NCBI RefSeq assembly: GCF_035084215.1
Contig: NC_090365.1
Span: 11,222,001 to 11,286,000 of the forward strand
Direction: 5' to 3'
DNA length: 64,000 bases
From: Heptranchias perlo
Lineage: Eukaryota
Shown here: positions 55,050 through 64,000 of the stretch, piece after piece
Numbering within the stretch: position 1 is the first letter of the stretch
Layout of the letters: each line of letters opens with the position of its first letter
Notes under the pieces: model-generated
The model's database searches: none
Seen by the model: only the letters and a program-made list of their open reading frames with translations
What the model was told of the DNA's origin: nothing
Program-made: the position numbers and the translations under genes

Positions 55050-56515
55050 TGAAGTACTGTGTGCAGTTTCTGGTTCTTTATTATAGAAAAGGCAGCACAG
55101 CCATGGGAAAGGCGCAACGTGCATTGACTAAAATGATACCGGGGCTAAACGGCCATAGTTGTGTTGAGAGACATGAAGAACTGGAGGAGAGACGGTTAAG
55201 GGGAGGACTAATAGAAGTTTTATTAATTCTAATAAGACCACACTTCAGGAAGGATGTCAAGGCCTTGGAGAGGAGATTTACCAGAAAGGTACCAGGGATG
55301 AGGGACTTCAGTTCGGTGGAGAAGCTGGGATTGTTCTCCTTAGAGCCGAGAAGGTTAAGGGGAAATTTTATGAGGGGTTTTGATAGAGGCAGTAGGGAGA
55401 AACTGTTTCCACCGGCAGGAGGGTCGGTAACCAGAGGACACATTTAAGGTAATTGGTTGAAAAAAAAAATGCAGGGGGGAAACGAGAAATGTTTTTACGC
55501 AGCGAGTTGCTATGATCTGGAATGCGCTGCCTGAAAGGGCGGTGGAAGCAGATTCAGTAGTAACTTTCAAAAGGGAATTGGATAAATACTTGAAAAGGAG
55601 AAATATGCAGGGCTGTGGGGAAAGAGCAGGTGGGAGTGGGACTAATTGAATAGCTCTTTCAAAGAGCCGGCACAGGTATGATGGGCCGAATGGCCTCCTC
55701 CTATGATAAGTGTTCAAAATCATGGGAGGGCTTGAGCGGTGAATAGTGAAAGATTCTTTCCACCATTCGGTTAATCGGTAAACTCAAGATTAATTCTAGA
55801 AGCATAAAGGGACAGACTAGAATTTTTTAATGTAAAATGTTACTAGAAGATGGAATCCATTGCCCTAAGTGCCGATTAAAGATCAGTAAATCCTGCCAGT
55901 TAGAAAACACGAAAGGAAAAAATAATAACGGGAGGATTGGTAACGCAGAGAAGTTATGTTAAACTTGTATAGAACCTTGGTTAGACCACACTTGGAGCAC
56001 TGTGCACAGTTCTAGTCTCCATATGGATATAGAGGCATTGGAGAGGGTGCAAAAAGATTCACAAGGATGAGAGGAAATACTTATCAGGAAAGACTGAACA
56101 GGCTGGGGCTGAGAAGGCTGAGCGGCGACCTGATAGAGGTCTTTAAGATAATGAAAGGGTTTGATAGGGTAGACATAGAGAAAATGTTTTCACTTGTGGG
56201 GGAGTCCAAAACTAGAGGTCATAAATATAAGATAGTCGCTAATAAATCCAACAGGGAATTCAAGAGAAACTTCTTTACCCAGAGAGTGGTTAGAATGTGG
56301 AACTCGCTACCACAAGGAGTAGTTGAGGCGAATAGCATAGATGCCTTTAAGGGGAAGCTAGATAAACACATGAGGGAGAAAGGAATAGAAGGATATGATG
56401 ATAGGGTGAGATGAAGTAGGGAGGGAGGAGGCTCGTGTGGAGCATAAACACTGGCACAGACCAGTTGGGCCGAATGGCCTGTTTCTGTCCTGTAGTTTCG
56501 ATGTAACTCGATGTA
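55050..56515 (+). mobile_element. CR1 fragments (55050-55700, 55945-56515)
   Basis: DLIEVFKIMKGFDRV..RNFFTQRVVRMWNSLP. Confidence 0.88.
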
Positions 56516-56745
56516 ATCCTGAGACCATAACACATTTTAGGCCCAAAAAGCCTACTCCTTTTTGATTGGTCTCGACCCTATCTACCCATCATATTTGGGA
56601 GTAAGTTACCGGGGACAGCCACTGCAGTGGACAGTCAGGAATGATTCTGGAGAGAGAAGAGATTGAGAACACATGACGGGTAAGATGAGGGTGAGATCAA
56701 TCAGAAAGGACTAGGCTTCATGGGCCTAAAACGTGTAATGTTCTT

Positions 56746-57017
56746 GAGGGTTGCCAACCCTCCAGGATTGTCCCGGAGTCTCCAGGAATTCAAGATTAAT
56801 CTCTAGGGCACTGCTGTGCGTAACATCCGGGAGAAAAGTCAGAGGCGTGTTAAAAGAAATTGTGTTTTGTTTTCATTTTCTTTGAATGCTTTTGTTTATT
56901 AGTTATAAACAAATTGCAGATGGGAAAAAAGGCTGTTTAACCGGGTGGGGCGGTGGGAGGCAGGAGGTCATTTGATGAAACCTCCAGGAGTACGTCCAAC
57001 CAGAGTTGGCAACCCGA
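56746..57017 (-). mobile_element. hAT-like MITE
   Basis: TIRs; flanking duplication atgttct; a further partial copy lies at about 54250-54560. Confidence 0.8.
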
Positions 57018-57159
57018 CATGTTCTTGACTTGTGAAATCCAATTCCCCTTTGAGCCAATTTATATGGTCAGATCCAATGCCCTTCCCATGTGATTTAATC
57101 CATGTGTTCAGTTCATGACACGTCCCTTATCAAGTTCAAGAATTTAAAGCCCTTAAAAA

Positions 57160-58395
57160 AAAACTTGCATTTATATAGCACCTTTCATGACATCCCAAAG
57201 CACTTTTGAGGCATAGTCACTGTTGTAATGTAGGAAACAATTTTGTGACACAGTAAGCTCCCACAAACACCCATGCAATAATGGCCAGATCATCTGTTTT
57301 AGTGATGTTGATTGAGGGATAAATATTGGCCCAGGACACGAGGGAGAACTCCGCTGCTCTTTTTTGAAATAATATCACGGGAGGGTAGAGAAGGCCTCGG
57401 TTTAACATCTCATCTGAGAGACGGCACCTCCGACAGTACGCGAGGACCTGGAGCAGGACTCGAACCCACGACCGGCCGGCCTCAGGAGGCGAGCGAGCGA
57501 CCCACTGAGCCACGGCTTAGTCTTGAACTCGCTTCAGTCCGTCAATGTCATCACAGCCAAGCCTGATCCTGAGTAGTTATCGAGGAGTAAGTGTTCAGCT
57601 TTGACTGGACGATTCTTTTGGGGGTGGGGTGTAAAATGAGGGAAATAAATTGTCTGAATGATCGCTCGTTAAACTGGGGAAAGAGAGAAATTGGAAAACA
57701 TTTGCAAATCTTCCCTTTATCTGGACTTCTTGGTACAATCATTGTCGCAGTGAGGCTGCTATCGAGGCATGTTTCCAGGACACTCCCGGCGAGCTCTTCA
57801 ATATATTTAACTCCCCCGCCAGGGGAGCTCTCTCAAACTCCATCGTACTCAGCACAAATTAAACACACAATAAGGCAGACGTCGCAATTTGAATGGCCTC
57901 ACGAGAGTGTTCCCTTTTGGGTCCAGACTGATCACAGCAAATTTAATATAAATCAGCTACCAGTGTGAGGTCATCGCAACGCGATCCCAGGAGGGAAACG
58001 TGCCTTTATTTAGGATCTTTCACATACTCAGGACATCCCAAAGTGCTTCACAGCCAAAGAAATGCAGTCGCTGTATTTTTTTTTTTGCGTAGCAAACATA
58101 GCAGCCAATTTGCACAAAGCAAGATCCCACAAACAGCAACAAGATTGATGACCGGTCAATCTGTTTTGGTGGTGTTGCTTGAGGTATGAATGTTGGCCAG
58201 GATACCGGGAGAACTCTCCGTCGGAAAAAGTGCCCCCAAGAAGTCTTTTGTGTCCACTTGAACATCTCATCCAATAAACGGCACCTTCGACAGGGCAGCA
58301 CTCCCTCAGTACTGCACTGGATTGTCGGCCTAGGTTATGTGCTCAAGTCTCTGGAGTAGGGCTTGAACCCATGGACCTTCTGACTCAGAGGCTAC
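57160..58395 (-). mobile_element. Two Deu-domain SINEs (57160-57516, 58000-58395)
   Basis: Core and head on the reverse strand. Confidence 0.8.
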
Positions 58396-60010
58396 GAAAC
58401 GGGCACGAGCTGGCACAGAGACCCCTGTGAGTGCACAGGGTGAAGGCACAGAAGGAGTGGGAACTAAAGTGTGGCTAGTTTTTAAAAAGTGCTTTTCCTG
58501 CAACATATCTGCTTCCAGGACCTCTCACTCTGACCAGCACTTGTAGGATCCAGCCTTTCAAACTGTTCTCGGCCGAATGTCATTTAAACTCTTTCACCGT
58601 GACTTGTAACATCACTGAGGATTTCATTCCAAGCCTTGAGATTTTGTGGATTATTTCTTTTACAGTAAGGCCTGTGTTTATGAAGAGACAATGGGCTAGA
58701 TTTTTTCATCCATGTGGTGGGTATAAACTTATTCATTACTTCCCTTTGAGCAGGGTATTAATAGGATAAGAGGCTGAGTAATCTGACCTAATACTGTCTG
58801 GTGGCTTCTTTCCATAGTTACTGATGTAAAGCTGGTTAACTGGTAACCAGGTTAGTATGGCCACCTTAATTAATATCCATTAACTTATACTTCAATTTAT
58901 ATCCATTGTGGATCACCAATCACTTTGGTAAAATACGTCCTGTCCTGGTGAGGCCAAGAGGTGAACCGTGATGGACGCAGGAGGAAACTTAGCTGATCTC
59001 AATCAGGCAGAGGTGTGACCTTTGGCCCGAGGCTCCTAGGGCAAATCAGCCATTGTTCCCACTCCCAAATCCTGTCCCGCACGTGTGAGTGTATCGCGGG
59101 AGGACGGGACTCGGTGTGACGTCTCTCCGAGATCAAATAACCTCCCGACACTCTCGGTGAAGGTTGGCCACTTTGGCGGGGTCTCAGGAGGGCGGGGGTC
59201 AGCGACCTTCGGGTGGGGGAGGGGGAAGAACAATTCAAAACAAAAAAAAGTGGAAGCCAAGGAGCAGACAAAGGTCACCATGGGCAGGAGTTAGGACCCA
59301 GTCTGTCTGGCCAATACCCACTGGTGGGCAAGTCACTATTGACAGTAGAATGACTATAATTGGAGCAATCTAGCCCAGTGTCTGAGTTTTGTTCAATTTT
59401 GGATAAATGACATTCTGCCCAGACTTTCTGATAATCCCCGGTGTTCACCATAAGATCGATGCGGTTAATGTCATGTTTCTGTTCACTGAATATCTTAGCT
59501 TTCCAATACATTGACACTCATTTGTGCACTTCCTGTACTGATCCGTCTCGACACAATTCCAGTTCTACCTGAGTTCCTTTCGTCTCGATCTGACTCGGGG
59601 AGAGGACAAGGCCGGAGAGTCGCAAAAATCCCGCTGCTGCACAAACTCTTCTGAAGTAAAGGTCAAAATTCTGGCGGTGACCGGAAACACGGCATTTAGT
59701 CTGACGCATGAGCTGGGAGCGCTTGATGCTGTCACTGGGCCTCGTGTAAACTAGAAACCACCCGTTTCTCACAGGCCACCCCTCACCCCGCTGAATTCCA
59801 CAATCAGGGCGTGAGAAAGAGCTCAGAATGCTTTGGGGCTTCAGCCCCTGCAGGTTCTCCGAGGTGAGATCGTCTTCTTAAGCGACAAAGTACAAAAGAA
59901 ATGGAAGAAGATTATCACGTTTGTGCTCAAGTGCCAATGTTTTTATAATTTAATTAGGTGCCGCCCCCTGCAGCCGCTCCCCGTGTCACCTGCTGGATGA
60001 TGCAACCAGT

Positions 60011-60223
60011 TCAGATTTTGGAGTCCTGTTGTACGTGGAGATTGTCCATCTGTTCCAGAATAAGGGTGACCGTCGGTTGACTGAGGGGCTCTTGCCTGCT
60101 TTTCAGGGCTTCAATCTCCTCCTGCATTGCGCTGACTTGGTCCTGAAGCCTGGCATTCTCTTCTTCGAGGCTCACTTTCAACTTGTGAAGACTGTCGTTC
60201 TCCGTCGCAAGCTGGCTTCGTTG
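60011..60223 (-). CDS. RASGRP4: RasGRP terminal exon encoding a coiled coil
   Basis: Phase-0 exon QRSQLATENDSLHKLKVSLEEENARLQDQVSAMQEEIEALKSRQEPLSQPTVTLILEQMDNLHVQQDSKI*; heptad Leu pattern; not in the ORF track because it has no start codon. Confidence 0.82.
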   Translation of the reverse strand, partial: QRSQLATENDSLHKLKVSLEEENARLQDQVSAMQEEIEALKSRQEPLSQPTVTLILEQMDNLHVQQDSKI

Positions 60224-60557
60224 CTACAGCAACGAAGGTGTGTGGGGGGGGGGGGTCAGAAAAACCAAGAAAGGTATTAATGTCCAGGCTCAACAAACGT
60301 GTACGCAGAGCGCGCTAACCCTAGACTAGCAGGATAGGGAGGGTCACTTGTTACCAGGCAGAAATGAACTGTGAGATCAAAAGGGCCCAGGTAACAGTGC
60401 TGTAACCCTGGTGCTACTGGGCAGCATCACACTACAGCTGTAATGGGTTAAGGGAACAATCCTTCTCCCCTCAGCTTATACAACCAAACGTCACCAGTGT
60501 AGAAAATTTGCCATTAACAAATAAAAAGGTGAAGATAGTTTTAGGTGCAGAGTGTTA

Positions 60558-60905
60558 GACTCCCATTGAGATGGCCTGTGAGCTCTGGGGTGGAGTTTTG
60601 GGCTCCCATTGAGATGGCCTGTGAGCTCTGGGGTGGAGTTTTGGACTCCCATTGAGATGGCCTGTGAGCTCTGTGATGGAGTTTTGGACTCCCATTGAGA
60701 TGGCCTGTGAGCTCTGTGATGGAGTTTTGGAGTCCCATTGAGAAGGCCTGTGAGCTCTGTGGTGGAGTTTTAGACTCCCATTGAGAAGGCCTGTGAGCTC
60801 TGGGGCGGAGTTTTGGACTCACATTGAGACGGTCTATAGCTCTGTAATGGAGCGTTAGACTCCCATTGAAAGGGCCTGGTAAATCTGGGGATAGACCCAT
60901 TGAGA
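60558..60905. repeat. 43-bp minisatellite (GACTCCCATTGAGATGGCCTGTGAGCTCTGGGGTGGAGTTTTG), about 8 copies
   Basis: Period 43 (60558, 60601, 60644...) in the last RasGRP intron. Confidence 0.93.
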
Positions 60906-62142
60906 GATAGGTCAGCTTAAGTTCCAGCCTTGACTTTCGTCCAAACTGTTCTGCCCTTCATAGCAAATTTTTGCAGTTCGATTAGTTCTCAAGAAGATAA
61001 AATTCACAAAACCTAAGTCTCACCAGCCAGGGAGACAGGAGACACCAGCAACACGGTCTTTATATTTTTTGTCAAATAAATCAGATAAATTACTCACCCA
61101 TGAAATATACTGGAAAACCAAACTATCCTTAACACTGAGTACAGGGGTGCAAGTCAGTCAAGCAAACCCTCATCTCCAGTCAGGCTAGAATTTAGAAAAT
61201 TGTTTCTCCCTACACAGTGGATGTGTGGGACACACTGCCAGCAAGAGCAGCTACTGCTGAGTTCATTAATTGGGAACATAGGAATTGCTGGACGAGAAAT
61301 GTCCAAAGTCCATCTAGTTCGCCGTCTACCATCCTGGTAGTCGCTTGATACAACGATAATGGAGTTGTTGTCTAATCATAGCAATCAATCTCCATCTAGT
61401 CTACAACAGACCCAGACTTCAGGAGGAAAACCCTCAGTGGTGGAGAGCTTTGGGAACCATAGGTCCAAAGTCACCTGTTCCTCCTGAGCATGCTACACGT
61501 ACTTCAGAAAGAAGCTGGATAAATAACTGATTGGAGGTTATTGGGATAGAGATGGAATGAGGTGATGAATGACTCCATCCCGCCACACTGGTGGGCAGGA
61601 GTTTGGTAAGTGGAACAGATGGTCATTCTTCAACACTGGATCAAGTAATTACTGTGCAACTTTATCAGCCCCTCCCAATCCCGAACACAAAATGGAAACT
61701 CTCTCCCTCTGGCAGTCCCCCAGGGTCGAGGATGACTTGGTGGAAGATGCCTGCGCGTGGATTCTTTTAACGTGGGGTGGTCGTTGCTCACCGACCACCA
61801 CACGGTCCCAGCGGAGCGAAGTCTTGGCCCAATGAAAAATCCGAGACAGTTGGAGACACAAAATGCAAAACAGGTCACGAGGGAGTCAGGGTTACTCACC
61901 CTGATTTTGCTCCTCCTCAATGGTGCAAAGCCTAGCAACCACTGGGCATCTCCCAGTGGGACCATGGCTAAGGTTGGGGAGTCAACCTGAGGAGGACCAC
62001 AGGATCCAGCTGCCCACCCTACCACTCTGCCCAGTGCATTCGGGCTCCAATGGGAGGCCAGACGAGTAATCGGTTCCTTTCACATTCTGGAATCCCTTCG
62101 TGTACTCCCATGTGCCATCCAGCCCGCACACACCAATCTCAC

Positions 62143-62471
62143 CTGCTGCACTTCCTGTAGTCTCTGCACCCACTGCTCACATTCTGGCATTCCCTGCTCC
62201 TCGTAGTGAAACTCCTCCTTCCTGTTCAGGTGAGGCTGCCAGGACTTGGAGCTTTGCAAGTCGGATTTTACAACTGTGGATCCCCTTACAGTAAAGTCCG
62301 TGTCCAGATTAGCTGGGTCAGTCTGCGTGGACCTGTTTGTGACCGTGGGTTTTATCCGAACTGAAATCTTCTGGTTGAGGTGACCCATCAGCACAATAGT
62401 ACGGTCCCTGCCATCGTCACTGTGCTCAGTGCTGTCACTATGAGGGTACATGAATATGTCGTCATCATTAC
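62143..62471 (-). CDS. RASGRP4: RAS guanyl-releasing protein, penultimate exon (gene continues beyond the window)
   Basis: DDDIFMYPH..DRTIVLMGHLNQKISVRIKPTVTNRSTQTD resembles the RasGRP tail (RASGRP1 [30 protein letters not shown], recalled); tgtag/gtgaga sites; paralogue assigned by synteny with FAM98C. Confidence 0.82.
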
Positions 62472-62577
62472 CTACAGGGGCAAGCAAAAGAAAAAAAGTT
62501 AACTCATTCAGGTCCTGTTGCAAATGATGATACGTTGTCCAATGCTAAGTTACTTTGTAAGATTGGAACTAAGAGAC

Positions 62578-62886
62578 GAGAACGAGGGGTCACAGTCTCA
62601 GGATATGGGGTGGAACATTTAGGACTGAGATGAGGAGAAATTTCTTCACTCAGAGGGTGGTGAACCTGTGGAATTCTCTACCACAGAAGGCTGTGGAGGC
62701 CAAGTCACTGAATATATTTAAGAAGGAGCTGGATAGATTTCTAGACACAAAAGGCATCAAGGGGGATGGGGAGAGAGCGGGAATATGGTATTGAGATAGA
62801 GGATCAGCCATGATCATATTGAATGGCAGAACAGGCTCGAAGGGCCGAATGGCCTACTCCTGCTCCTATTTTCTATGTTTCTATGT
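62578..62886 (+). mobile_element. CR1 LINE 3' end
   Basis: Tail TTTCTATGTTTCTATG. Confidence 0.9.
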
Positions 62887-64000
62887 AATGCTTGAATTTA
62901 GAAAGTGCTTTATCACGTCAAATGTTTCTCAACACTTCACACGATGAATTAATGGATACAGTAGTGTAGTTGTTATGTTACTGGACTAGTAATCGTAGAG
63001 GCCTGGACTAATAATCCAGAGAACATGAGTTCAAATCCCACCATGAGTTTGAGAATCTGAATTCAGTTTAAAATTCTCATCCTTGTTTTCAAATCCCTCC
63101 CTGGCCTCGCCCCTCCCTATCTCTGTAACCTCCTCCAGCCCTACAACCCTCCGAGATCTCTGAGCTCCTCCAATTCTGGCCTCCTGCGCATCCCCGATTT
63201 TCATCGCTCCACCATTGGCGGCCGTGCCTTCAGCCGCCTGGGCCCTAAGTTCTGGAATTCCCTCCCTAAACCTCTCTCGCTCTCTCTCTCCTCATTTAAG
63301 ACGCTCCTTAAAACCTACCTCTTTGACCAAGCCTTTGGTCACCTGTCCTAATATCTCCTTATGTGGCTCGGTCTCAATTTCATTTTTCAAAATCACTCCT
63401 GTGAAGCACCTTGGGACGTTTAAAGGCGCTATATAAATTAAAGTTGTTGTTGTACCAGTTAAAGTGACCTTGAAGCTTTCGGATTGTCATAAAAACCCAA
63501 CTGGTTCACTAATGTCCTCGAGGGAAGGAAACCTGCCGTCCTTACCCGGTCTGGCCTATAGGTGACTGCAGTCCCCACACCAAGGTGGATGACTCTTCAC
63601 CAGGGCAGTTCAGGGCAACTAGGGATGGGCAATAAATGCCGGCCTTGCCAGCGATGCCCATGTCACAAGTATGAATTTTTTTTAAAATTACTTTTGAATT
63701 GCAATGATTATTGTTATCTCGATAAACAGTACACTAGCATTGTCCTCAAAACAGCATTGGTCTCTTGGTCTGGTCTTTTTTTTGGTGGTGTTGGTTGAGG
63801 AACGAATGTTTGGCTGTGACGTCAAGAGGAACTCCCTGCTGTTCTTTGAACAGTACCAAGAGACCTTTATCATCCACCAGAACACAGAGACAGGACTCTG
63901 GCTTAATATCTCACCCAAAGGATTCTTAAAACATGCTACTTTTAACAATTTAAAAAAGCTTTGCATCTCACCTGCCTCACCTCATTTCCTCCATTCCCTT

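Overview
Eukaryotic, intron-rich vertebrate DNA, most likely a shark or other cartilaginous fish, judging from the Deu-domain SINEs, CR1 and L2 LINE remnants and GC-rich minisatellites. I assembled four spliced genes by hand from GT-AG sites with consistent phases. (1) A probable gametogenetin (GGN) orthologue on +, with 2 coding exons and 1008 aa. (2) A complete PSMD8 (Rpn12) on -, with 7 exons and 265 aa. (3) A complete FAM98C on +, with 8 exons and 341 aa, head-to-head with PSMD8. (4) The last two exons of a RasGRP gene on -, RASGRP4 by synteny, which keeps a RASGRP1-like C-terminal coiled coil. This matches the human 19q13.2 PSMD8/GGN/FAM98C/RASGRP4 neighbourhood with a local inversion. 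The rest is SINEs, LINE fragments, a hAT MITE family with 8-bp TSDs, a decayed Harbinger Myb gene and several minisatellites. Most short ORFs in the track are repeat-derived. Homology calls rest on recalled protein sequences, not database searches; repeat boundaries are approximate.
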